A DNA stretch of 32,000 nt from an uncultured archaeon (GTDB lineage: Archaea > Iainarchaeota > Iainarchaeia > Iainarchaeales > CSSED10-239): contig CAZCAP010000002.1 in the NCBI GenBank assembly GCA_964496765.1, positions 66,376 to 98,375 of the forward strand. The letters run 5' to 3'. Positions 20,055-30,356 of the stretch are shown here, one piece after another. Position numbers and translations under genes: made by a program. The first letter of the stretch is position 1. The number at the start of each line of letters is the position of its first letter. The notes under the pieces were generated by a model, which was not told where the DNA came from, made no database searches, and saw only the letters and a list, made by a program, of their open reading frames with translations.

Positions 20055-20528
20055 ATGATGAGAAAAATTAAAGGACAAGGTGCACTTGAATACCTTTTGT
20101 TAATTGGTGGTGCTGTTCTAATTGCTGTAATCGTTATTGCTCTTCTTGTTGGAATGGGCGGACAGTCAAGAGAAACAGCTCAAGATCAATCAACAAAAGC
20201 TCAACAATCATTAGATCAGCCACAGGCAGCAACAATCGTTAGTATAACACCAATAGATAATTGTAATGGAACTACAGGTTCTGTCACAATAAATTGGGCA
20301 AAAGTTGGAGATGGTGGTGTATATGAGTTAAGGATGTTTGATTATTCAGGAACACAAATTGGAAGTAATATCGATATAACAGATCAAAATGCATCATTTA
20401 ACCAAGCATTTGCTTCTATTGGTGGTAGGGCTTGTCAAGATTCGTTCTGGGGACAAATTATAACTTCAAAGAATGATATGACTGTAAGTTCTGCAAGAAT
20501 GAAATGGAATTGGCCATCACTAAACTAG
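20055..20528 (+). CDS. Class III signal peptide pilin (candidate major pilin)
   Basis: 157 aa; KGQGALEYLLLIGGAVLIAVIVIALLVG. Own TATA-like region upstream (aaatatatataaat near 19950) and a terminator-like hairpin downstream. Confidence 0.85.
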   Translation: MMRKIKGQGALEYLLLIGGAVLIAVIVIALLVGMGGQSRETAQDQSTKAQQSLDQPQAATIVSITPIDNCNGTTGSVTINWAKVGDGGVYELRMFDYSGTQIGSNIDITDQNASFNQAFASIGGRACQDSFWGQIITSKNDMTVSSARMKWNWPSLN

Positions 20529-20544
20529 TTTGAGATTTGAAAAT

Positions 20545-20590
20545 TTAAAGAAATGGACTAATCTCCATTTCTTTAATTTATTTTTTTTTA
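20545..20590 (+). terminator. Hairpin plus T-tract, candidate intrinsic terminator after the first long pilin gene
   Basis: TTAAAGAAATGGA (20545-20557), 6-nt loop CTAATC, TCCATTTCTTTAA (20564-20576), then a T-rich run ttattttttttt. Confidence 0.7.
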
Positions 20591-20631
20591 AAATCAAATT
20601 ATACTTATAATTTAATTTAAACGGAATAATT

Positions 20632-21072
20632 ATGTTTACTAATAATAAAAAAGCACAGGGTGCACTTGAATATCTTTTAATTATAGGTGGAGCTTTACTG
20701 ATTGCAGTTATTGCAGTAACTATAATTGTAAGTCTTGGTAGTGGTAACCGTGAAACCGTTGATGATAGTCAGCAAGGTTATCAGGAACTTGTTGATAATC
20801 AAGTTATTGCTCCAATAATAAATGATATTGAATGTTCAATTGGCACAATAACAATTTACACAGCTGGATCTCCAACCACAGGAGTTTCCAATTACAAAAT
20901 AAGTTTAGATGATGGTCTCTATGTTAATGTAACAACCATAGATATCCCAAATAGAGAAATTACTTATAATAAGGTGAGCGTAGTTGGAACAAAATATGAA
21001 GTTAGATTAGTTTCAATTAAGAATAATTTAAGATCAACACCAACACTACCTTTTGATTGTGTTGTTAAATAA
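20632..21072 (+). CDS. Class III signal peptide pilin-like protein (paralogue of 20055-20528)
   Basis: 146 aa; KKAQGALEYLLIIGGALLIAVIAVTIIVSLG. Confidence 0.83.
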   Translation: MFTNNKKAQGALEYLLIIGGALLIAVIAVTIIVSLGSGNRETVDDSQQGYQELVDNQVIAPIINDIECSIGTITIYTAGSPTTGVSNYKISLDDGLYVNVTTIDIPNREITYNKVSVVGTKYEVRLVSIKNNLRSTPTLPFDCVVK

Positions 21073-21283
21073 GATCCAGAAGATGGGAGTTATGAATATT
21101 TTTTTAAAATTACTTAATGATAAAAAAGCACAACTCTCTGTTGAATATCTTATCATGATTGTATTTGGAATGATGCTTGTAATTACAACAGGTATTGTTA
21201 TTATTAATTTAAGTGGCCTTGTTAGTGTTGCAAAAGCAAAAATATTAACCTATAGAGATAATATACTTTCAACATTTTCATAA
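21053..21283 (+). CDS. Small class III signal peptide pilin-like protein
   Basis: 76 aa; KKAQLSVEYLIMIVFGMMLVITTGIVIINL. Exact start uncertain because of overlap with the preceding ORF. Confidence 0.75.
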   Translation: MIVLLNKIQKMGVMNIFLKLLNDKKAQLSVEYLIMIVFGMMLVITTGIVIINLSGLVSVAKAKILTYRDNILSTFS

Positions 21284-21318
21284 ATTCTAAACAACGCTAA
21301 TTACTTTGGAGTAACCCT

Positions 21319-22452
21319 ATGTTTAATTTTGCATTATATTCTTTTTTAGTTACCCTACTATTTCTATTTATTTTTTGCATATTTGATTTAAAATATAGAG
21401 AAATACCTAATTATCTTGTTCTTCTATTTTTTGGGATTGGTTTGTTATCTAGTTTAGTAATTAGTTTTTGGCTATGGCAATTTTCATATATTTTTAATTC
21501 ATTAATTTCAATTGCAATTACTTTCATTATAACCTTTATTCTTTGGGAGCTTGGTTTATTTGCAGGAGGGGATTTAAAGGTTTTTGTTGGGATTGCTGCA
21601 CTTAACCCACTAAACCTTAACTTTTTAGGTTCTGCACTTAACTTTGGAGTGGTTAAGCAACCAATATTTGGAATCACCTTAATTATCGCAAGTATATTAT
21701 CAACACTACCCTATATCCTCCTATTTACTAGCTATAAAATAATTTCTAAAAATTATTTCAAAGACCTAGTTATAACTTATTTTTCAAAAACCTACTTAAT
21801 AACTATTTTTAATTCAATAATAATTATTTTTCTAATTACCTCCTTTATGAATATTTTTTCATTAAAAACACCAACAATATTATTACTATTATTATCTTTT
21901 GTTTTGATTTTTTTATTTTCTAATGTACTTACCTATAGTAAAAAAGCATTTTATTTTTCTATCGGGATGCTTTATTTAATTTTATTTATTACGACCTGTT
22001 TATTAAAACATGTTCCTCAAAAGATTTTTTTACTTTCAAACCTTTTTTCAATAATTTTATCAGTACTAATAATTTATCTATTAATCATGATTTATAGGTT
22101 CACAAAAGAAAAAATACTTGTTGAAGAAAAAAAAGTATCTGACCTGAAAGAAGGGGATGTTACTTTATATAATTATTATTTAATTAATAAAAAAGTAATA
22201 TTTAAAAAAAGCACTTTTTTCTCTGCCATTAGAGATATGCTAACTGGAGTTTATTATAAAGACCAAATAATTGATTCTAGAAAAGCTGGTGGGTTAAATG
22301 TGAAAGAAGTTACCTTTTTAAATGAATCCCACAATAATAAATTAATAGGTAATGTAATAAAAATCAAAGTCACTATTGCATTTACTCCAGCAGTATTAAT
22401 TGCATATATCTTGCTTAATATTTTTGGAGACGTGATTTGGTTAATATTTTAA
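21319..22452 (+). CDS. Prepilin peptidase, A24 family (PilD/EppA-like)
   Basis: 377 aa; two-Asp signature: FDLKYREIPNYLV and GGDLKVFVGIAAL in a multi-pass membrane protein, plus an extra C-terminal domain. Confidence 0.85.
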   Translation: MFNFALYSFLVTLLFLFIFCIFDLKYREIPNYLVLLFFGIGLLSSLVISFWLWQFSYIFNSLISIAITFIITFILWELGLFAGGDLKVFVGIAALNPLNLNFLGSALNFGVVKQPIFGITLIIASILSTLPYILLFTSYKIISKNYFKDLVITYFSKTYLITIFNSIIIIFLITSFMNIFSLKTPTILLLLLSFVLIFLFSNVLTYSKKAFYFSIGMLYLILFITTCLLKHVPQKIFLLSNLFSIILSVLIIYLLIMIYRFTKEKILVEEKKVSDLKEGDVTLYNYYLINKKVIFKKSTFFSAIRDMLTGVYYKDQIIDSRKAGGLNVKEVTFLNESHNNKLIGNVIKIKVTIAFTPAVLIAYILLNIFGDVIWLIF

Positions 22453-22464
22453 ATGTGAAAAATT

Positions 22465-22929
22465 ATGAATTTAAGTAGAAAAGGACAAATTGCAATTGAA
22501 TATATTATTTTTATAGCCATATTCTTATTATTTTTTCAAGCAGTGATTAAGCCATCTATTGATTTTGCAGAAAATATAATGAGTGATGTTCAATCTATTG
22601 CTATTACCCAAGAAAACGTAAGTAGGCTTGCTGATGGTGTTAGTTCCTTTGCATCATCTATGGGGACTGGAAAGGTAACCATGAATTTGTATTTACCAAA
22701 GAATGCAACAATTACGGATTGTAGTTCTAGTGCAATTACCTATACTATAACTATCTCTAACGTAAATCCGAAACCAGCTGCCTGTAATAATACTAATTTT
22801 TGCGAATTTACAAAAGCAATATTTATTGGTAGTCACGATATTACCTGTGATTTAATAGGGCCTGGTTTTACAGGAGACGTACTTATTGAAAAACAAGCCA
22901 CAGGAGATTTTGATGTTTCAATCAAGTAA
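22465..22929 (+). CDS. Class III signal peptide pilin-like protein (possible minor pilin)
   Basis: 154 aa; RKGQIAIEYIIFIAIFLLFFQAVI followed by a soluble Cys-containing domain. Confidence 0.8.
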   Translation: MNLSRKGQIAIEYIIFIAIFLLFFQAVIKPSIDFAENIMSDVQSIAITQENVSRLADGVSSFASSMGTGKVTMNLYLPKNATITDCSSSAITYTITISNVNPKPAACNNTNFCEFTKAIFIGSHDITCDLIGPGFTGDVLIEKQATGDFDVSIK

Positions 22930-23266
22930 AGCCCAAACAAGCATAGAGTTCATTATTCTGATTGCAGTCCTATTATTAATAGGATTTTATTTTAGTGGTT
23001 CAATCTACAAAACCTTTGATAGTAATTATGCAATTTATAAAGTTAAAAACAAAACTCTACAGCTCTTCTCAGAGAATGATAGTGGAGATGTGCTTTCTAA
23101 GGTTAGCTATGAATTGCACGATTCTCAAATCGTCTTGAAGTTAGATATTAAACAATCAAGTTCTGGATACATTTTAACCTCATCAAATTATGCTTCTGAT
23201 ATTCAAGACATAATTAAAAGAACTAGTTTCGATACAGTTGTTATTAATTTTAATTATATTTCTTAA
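22913..23266 (+). CDS. Class III signal peptide pilin-like protein (possible minor pilin)
   Basis: ATG 22913 after RBS-like caggagat gives MFQSSKAQTSIEFIILIAVLLLIGFYFSGSIYKTF. Overlaps the end of the previous gene. Confidence 0.78.
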   Translation: MFQSSKAQTSIEFIILIAVLLLIGFYFSGSIYKTFDSNYAIYKVKNKTLQLFSENDSGDVLSKVSYELHDSQIVLKLDIKQSSSGYILTSSNYASDIQDIIKRTSFDTVVINFNYIS

Positions 23267-23279
23267 ATGGTGTGTGTAA

Positions 23280-23813
23280 ATGATAGATAAAAATATATTA
23301 TATATTGAAATAATTTTTCTATTGGGTGTTCTATTAACTGTTTTTATTTCCAAAAATGTTTTTTTGAAAATCCTAATCGTAATTGTGTTGTTCTTATTCG
23401 TAATAAAAGAACTTGATGATTATAAATATATTCAACAAAAATATCTTTATGTTGGATATGGGTTTGTTTCACTACTAGTGTTGTTCATTATTAATGAATA
23501 TATTGTGAATATATATTTTGTTGCTGCCCTCATATGCCTTGTAATTATTTACTTGTATTTGTTCAAGGTTTTATTTAATACAACATATGGAAAAGTAACT
23601 AAAGTAACTGGAAGAAAAGTAAGTATTCAAATCCTAGATCCCTTTTATAAAACAAAAAATGAATTAGTTCTTAGCTTTTCTGGAAAAGTTAAGAAAGGAG
23701 ATGTTGCAATAATTGCGCTAACCAAATTCCCAATAAATAAGAAAGCCATTAAAATAATTAAAGTTGTTACAGAACCTAAATCATTGAATAAAAATGTGAA
23801 AAAAAAGAAATGA
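23280..23813 (+). CDS. Membrane protein with C-terminal small beta domain, unknown function
   Basis: 177 aa; several hydrophobic segments then GKVTKVTGRKVSIQILDPFYKTKNELVLSFSGKVKKGDVAIIAL. In the pilus transcription unit. Confidence 0.65.
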   Translation: MIDKNILYIEIIFLLGVLLTVFISKNVFLKILIVIVLFLFVIKELDDYKYIQQKYLYVGYGFVSLLVLFIINEYIVNIYFVAALICLVIIYLYLFKVLFNTTYGKVTKVTGRKVSIQILDPFYKTKNELVLSFSGKVKKGDVAIIALTKFPINKKAIKIIKVVTEPKSLNKNVKKKK

Positions 23814-24172
23814 ATGAAATTCTATTCAAAAGAATAGTGATATTGTTTTCAATAGTTGGTCTGATTTTATTAGTTGTTTATTCATTCTTTTTTGTTCCTG
23901 AGGAACAATCTATTTCTAGTTTACCTACATTGAAAGAAGGTACAATTGTATCAACATCAGGGATTATAAAGGAATTAGCAGTAAAAGATAATCTTGTTCA
24001 ATTTCAGCTTTGTGAATATTCTATTTGTATTCAGGCAGTTCTTTTCAATCCAAGTAATAGTCAATTAGATGTATTAAATAATCTAAGTATTACAAAAGAA
24101 AATACTAGACTATCTGGTCAATATAAATTATATATGGATAATCCAGAAATTATTGTATACAATATTGAATGA
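23810..24172 (+). CDS. Membrane-anchored protein with OB-fold-like domain, unknown function
   Basis: 120 aa; one N-terminal transmembrane segment then an OB-like stretch EGTIVSTSGIIKELAVKDNLVQFQLCEYSICIQAVLF. ATGA overlap with the previous gene. Confidence 0.6.
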   Translation: MNEILFKRIVILFSIVGLILLVVYSFFFVPEEQSISSLPTLKEGTIVSTSGIIKELAVKDNLVQFQLCEYSICIQAVLFNPSNSQLDVLNNLSITKENTRLSGQYKLYMDNPEIIVYNIE

Positions 24173-25359
24173 CTATGTATTTAATTGAAATAATTATAGG
24201 GGTGTTGTTGGGGTTTGTTATTGGATTAATTCCTAGTATACACATAAATACAATATCCTATTTTTTTTTGTTTATTGGAGGTTATAATCTTTTTTATAAT
24301 AATTCATTTTTTTTTATATCTTTGGCGGTTTCCCAATTAGTAACTAGTTACGTTTCTATTTCTGTTTTTGGAGTTCCAAATGATTCAACAATCATGCATT
24401 TATTTCCACTTCAAAGACTGGCAAAGGAGGGACAATTAAAAAAAGGGATTTATCTTTGTTTAGTTGGTTCTTTCTTTGGAGGCCTATTCTCTCTACTATT
24501 ATTTCCCATTCTTTTTTTACTATTTAGTGCTTTGTTTAATTTTAATTTATTTATTTATGGCTTGATTATTTTAATTTTAATTATGTTTATTATTTTAGAA
24601 AAAAACATTAAAAAAAGAATAGGAATACTTGCAATAATTATTTTTTCTGGAACTCTTGGAATACTCACCCTTAAATATAATTATTTTCTTTCGGAACCAC
24701 TAATGGTTTGTGTGGTGGGCCTGTTTGCATTCCCATTTATATTAGAATCTATTTTTTCTAAAAATAGGTTTGTTAAACAAAAAGATGAAGACCTGCAAAT
24801 AAATCTAAAGGACACTGGTGTTTCTTCATTTCTTGGAACTTTGGGTGCAATGTTTATGATAATCGTGCCCTCATTTAGCTCATCACAGGCATCACTGCTA
24901 TTGTCAAAGATTAAACAAAAACTAAATTCAGAGGAATACTTGTTGATTTTTTCCAGTGTTGCCATTAGTTCTTTATTTTTTTCTTTTTTTCTTGCAATTA
25001 ATTTTTATAAACCTAGATTGGGTTACATTGCTATTCTTTTATCCAATAACATTCTTGGCAAGAGCATTTCTAACTTTAATCTTGCAATTACCTTATTTTT
25101 ATCTTTATGTTTGTCAATATTACTTTTATCTTTTACCTATAAACAAATAGTTGATTGGATAACTAGATTTAATTTTAAATTAATTAGTGTTATTTTATTG
25201 CTTTTTATTTCAATCCTTATTATCCTATTATTTGGAATGAAAGCTATTCCTCTATTAATTCTATCAACCTCAATTGGATTTCTTCCTCTTGTGTTTGGAG
25301 TGGATCGAGTTATCCTAATGAGTTACATTATGATCCCAACAATATTATTTTATGTGTGA
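24169..25359 (+). CDS. Multi-pass membrane protein, probable archaeal DUF112 / TctA-related family
   Basis: 396 aa; GFVIGLIPSIHINTISYFFLF, VSVFGVPNDSTIMHLFPLQRLAKEG. ATGA overlap with the previous gene. Confidence 0.6.
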   Translation: MTMYLIEIIIGVLLGFVIGLIPSIHINTISYFFLFIGGYNLFYNNSFFFISLAVSQLVTSYVSISVFGVPNDSTIMHLFPLQRLAKEGQLKKGIYLCLVGSFFGGLFSLLLFPILFLLFSALFNFNLFIYGLIILILIMFIILEKNIKKRIGILAIIIFSGTLGILTLKYNYFLSEPLMVCVVGLFAFPFILESIFSKNRFVKQKDEDLQINLKDTGVSSFLGTLGAMFMIIVPSFSSSQASLLLSKIKQKLNSEEYLLIFSSVAISSLFFSFFLAINFYKPRLGYIAILLSNNILGKSISNFNLAITLFLSLCLSILLLSFTYKQIVDWITRFNFKLISVILLLFISILIILLFGMKAIPLLILSTSIGFLPLVFGVDRVILMSYIMIPTILFYV

Positions 25360-26124
25360 TTTTCTTGCTGCAAAATTAAACATCCAACTAACTATCCAAA
25401 ATTGTAATAGCCACACAATAAACTTGTTTTTAAATCCAGCTATATACACACTACTACCTCTTTCTACCTTTCTAATGGATCTTTTAACTACCTTATTTAC
25501 TCTCATCCAAAACATGTTTGGAACGTAATTTATGTTATAGCTTTTTAAAAAATTAGTTTTTACAAATCCTGGGCAAAGAGCTTGAAAGTGCACGTTGAAG
25601 TTATTTGCTTTCATTTCATCAATCAAAGTTTCTGTGAAAATTCTGATGTATGCCTTTGTAGAATTATATATTGCATTACTTTTACTGGTTGTTATGAATG
25701 AAGCCATGGATGATACATTAATAATATATCCTTTGTTTTGTTTAATCATTAGTGGTAGTATTGCTCCCGTTAGTTGTGTTGTTGCAAGAACGTGAACAAA
25801 TATTTCATTCTTTGCTGCCTCTGGGTCCATTTTATAAAAGTAGGTTGGATACCCAAACCCAGCACAGTTAACTAAATATGCAATATTTTTAATTTGAGAT
25901 AATTCTTTTACTGCTCTTTTAATTTCTTCTTCTCTAGATAGATCACAGGGGAATACAATACACTTTACTTTGTATTTTTTAGTTATGTCTGTTGCTATTT
26001 TTTCAAGTTCAGCTTTTCTTCTGGAAACCAACACAATATTGTATTTCTTTTCTGCAAGTTGGTTTACAAACTCAAGTCCAATTCCACTTGAGGCACCTGT
26101 AATTATTGCATATGCTTGACTCAT
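25345..26124 (-). CDS. Short-chain dehydrogenase/reductase
   Basis: 259 aa; AIITGASSGIGLEF (TGxxxGIG), LVNCAGFG, catalytic S..YNSTKAYIRIF (YxxxK). Confidence 0.95.
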   Translation of the reverse strand: MSQAYAIITGASSGIGLEFVNQLAEKKYNIVLVSRRKAELEKIATDITKKYKVKCIVFPCDLSREEEIKRAVKELSQIKNIAYLVNCAGFGYPTYFYKMDPEAAKNEIFVHVLATTQLTGAILPLMIKQNKGYIINVSSMASFITTSKSNAIYNSTKAYIRIFTETLIDEMKANNFNVHFQALCPGFVKTNFLKSYNINYVPNMFWMRVNKVVKRSIRKVERGSSVYIAGFKNKFIVWLLQFWIVSWMFNFAARKSHIK

Positions 26125-26194
26125 ATCTATCCCTTTTTAATTATTCTTATTATCAAACAGTTTAAGAATTATTTTGTTTTATATATTCTTGATT

Positions 26195-26593
26195 ATGAAT
26201 AAACTTATCTCTGATTGGAGTATATATCTTGATGTTCTAGAATCAATAATGGAATTTTCAAAGAGTTTTTATCCTCTTGAGTTCTCTGGAATTTTATATT
26301 GTGATCTTGAAAAAAAGATTATAAAAGATATTTACATTCTTCCTGGAACTCAGAGTGGGAGAACAAGTGCGGTGCTGCGAATGGACCTTGCACCCATGAC
26401 CTTTAATCTAGCTGGATCTGTTCATTCTCATCCATTAGGGTATGGAGAAGCATCTAATGCAGATTTAAACTTTTTCTCAAGCAAGCAGGTAAATATAATC
26501 GCCTATCCTCCATTTTCTCTAAATTCCTATAGGGTTTATAATAAACAAGGAAAAATTATTGAGTTACTAGTGATTTCTAGACCAAAAACGTGA
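26195..26593 (+). CDS. JAMM/MPN+ domain metalloprotease-like protein
   Basis: ATG 26195; upstream Glu in LEFSGILY and HSHPLGYGEASNAD matching HxHx7SxxD. Confidence 0.8.
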   Translation: MNKLISDWSIYLDVLESIMEFSKSFYPLEFSGILYCDLEKKIIKDIYILPGTQSGRTSAVLRMDLAPMTFNLAGSVHSHPLGYGEASNADLNFFSSKQVNIIAYPPFSLNSYRVYNKQGKIIELLVISRPKT

Positions 26594-26604
26594 TTTAGTA
26601 GATA

Positions 26605-26626
26605 GTTTTATAAACGTTTCCGGAAA
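26605..26626 (+). promoter_or_regulatory. Candidate TATA box plus adjacent palindrome upstream of the grpE-dnaK-dnaJ cluster
   Basis: gttttataaac followed by perfect palindrome TTTCCGGAAA (26617-26626). Confidence 0.45.
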
Positions 26627-26741
26627 GGGTTTTATTTCTTTTGGAAGATATATTAATTTAGTTGTAGGGTCATTATTTATTTTTAATAAAAATAGTTTTG
26701 ATTTTCTTAGAATTAGATTAAATTTTATTACAGCTATTAGT

Positions 26742-27263
26742 GTGGATATTATGGATGAAACAAAAAAACAAGAAGAAAAAGAAGAAATTGTTGAACAAAC
26801 AATAGACCAGAAAGAGGATGTGGTTGAGTCCCTAACCAAAAAAATACAGGATTCCTTGGAACAGCTAAAAAGAACACAGGCTGACTTTATTAATTACAAA
26901 GCCAGGGTTCTAAAGGACACACAAGATCTTGTATTTTTACAAACAAAAGAAATTGCTCTGGAGTTAATTGCATTTAAAGAATTAGTATTAATTTCAATGA
27001 AGAATGAGGAACATGATGAAACAAAAAAAGTACTTTCTTTATTACTTGAAAAAATAGATAATTCTTTATCAAGATTAAATATAACTAAGATTATTTTGAA
27101 GGATAATATTCCAGATTATAATCTTTGCGAGTGCATAAATACAATCAATGTAACTAATAAGGAAGATAATAACAAAATAATAGAAATAATCGAAGATGGA
27201 TACTTATACAATAAAAAATTAATTAAACCTATAAAAGTAGTTATAGGTAAATTGGAGGAATAA
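26742..27263 (+). CDS. grpE: GrpE nucleotide exchange factor
   Basis: 173 aa; coiled-coil LTKKIQDSLEQLKRTQADFINYKARV; immediately upstream of dnaK. Start may be GTG 26742 or ATG 26751. Confidence 0.85.
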   Translation: MDIMDETKKQEEKEEIVEQTIDQKEDVVESLTKKIQDSLEQLKRTQADFINYKARVLKDTQDLVFLQTKEIALELIAFKELVLISMKNEEHDETKKVLSLLLEKIDNSLSRLNITKIILKDNIPDYNLCECINTINVTNKEDNNKIIEIIEDGYLYNKKLIKPIKVVIGKLEE

Positions 27264-29096
<1,833 letters not shown>

Positions 29097-29134
29097 TTTC
29101 TTCTCCTATTTATTTTTTTTGGACATGAAAGAAT

Positions 29135-30310
29135 ATGGCAGAAAAAGACTTGTACAAAATACTTGGAGTAAATAAAAACGCAAGTATTGATGATATAAAA
29201 AAAGCATATAAGGAGCTTGCAAAAAAATATCATCCAGATATAGCTGGACCAACTGCTGATGCAGAAAAATTCAAAGAAATAAGTAATGCCTATTCTATAC
29301 TTTCTGATTCAGAAAAAAGAAAACAATATGATACCTTTGGAGAAAACATTGGATCTGGTGGTCAAGGATACAATTACTATGGAGGCCAAGGCTTTGGTGG
29401 TGGTTTTTCACAGGGCTTTGCAGGATTTGATTTTAGAGATATCTTCTCTCAGTTTATGGAAGAAGAAGAAGATGATGAAAATGGTTTTTTTAGAAGATTT
29501 ACTGGTGGAGGAAGAACCAGAAGATCAAGAAATCAACAGGATTTAAATCTAGTTTATAGAATTGAAGTTGATTTTAAAACATCCTACACTGGTGGTAAAG
29601 AAAGATTAGAAATTTATAAAGAAGGATTATGTTCTTCTTGTTCAGGAAGTGGTTCAGTATCTGGGAAGAGAGCAATTTGTGATTCTTGTCATGGAAAGGG
29701 AAGAGTAGTTACTTCAAGAAGAACACCCTTTGGAATGTTTTCTGTTCAAACAACCTGTTCTAAATGTAATGGAGAGGGCGAAATAATAACAGATCCCTGC
29801 AAAAGCTGCTCTGGAAAAGGTTATGAAAAAATTAAAAGAACAATTTCTGTGGATATCCCTGCTGGTATTTCTGAAAACGATGTTATTAGAGTGCAGGGAG
29901 AAGGAAATGAAAGAGAGCATGAAAAAGGAGATCTTTATTTAAAAATAAGTGTTAAAGAAAATACTTTCTTTAAACGTGAGAAGAATGATCTCTATTGTGA
30001 TGTCCCCATAACATTCACTGATCTAATCCTTGGGACTAGTTTTAAATTAAATTTATTTGGTAATCTTGTAAAAATTAAAGTTCCTAGTCACACCAAAGCT
30101 AACACAATTATAAAGATGAAGGGGGATGGGTTTGTGGATGTTAAAGGTGGTGGAAGACCAGGTTCTTTATTTGTTAGATTAATTCCAGAAATTCCAGAAA
30201 AAATGAATAGTGAGTATAAAGATTTAATAAAAAATCTTTCAAAAATAGAAGAATCAACAATAAAGAAAGAAATAAAGAAAAAATATAGTGAATATATTGT
30301 TGATGACTAA
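29135..30310 (+). CDS. dnaJ: Molecular chaperone DnaJ (Hsp40)
   Basis: 391 aa; J domain with YHPD, G/F region, four CxxCxGxG-type zinc motifs. Confidence 0.97.
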   Translation: MAEKDLYKILGVNKNASIDDIKKAYKELAKKYHPDIAGPTADAEKFKEISNAYSILSDSEKRKQYDTFGENIGSGGQGYNYYGGQGFGGGFSQGFAGFDFRDIFSQFMEEEEDDENGFFRRFTGGGRTRRSRNQQDLNLVYRIEVDFKTSYTGGKERLEIYKEGLCSSCSGSGSVSGKRAICDSCHGKGRVVTSRRTPFGMFSVQTTCSKCNGEGEIITDPCKSCSGKGYEKIKRTISVDIPAGISENDVIRVQGEGNEREHEKGDLYLKISVKENTFFKREKNDLYCDVPITFTDLILGTSFKLNLFGNLVKIKVPSHTKANTIIKMKGDGFVDVKGGGRPGSLFVRLIPEIPEKMNSEYKDLIKNLSKIEESTIKKEIKKKYSEYIVDD

Positions 30311-30356
30311 ATAATGCACTAAATACCTTTTTATTGTTTTCTAACATAATATATGT

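Noticed and set aside
25345-25359. Convergent 15-bp overlap of the DUF112-like gene and the SDR gene
   Set aside because: Short 3' overlaps are common in compact genomes; not unusual enough to report as a finding.
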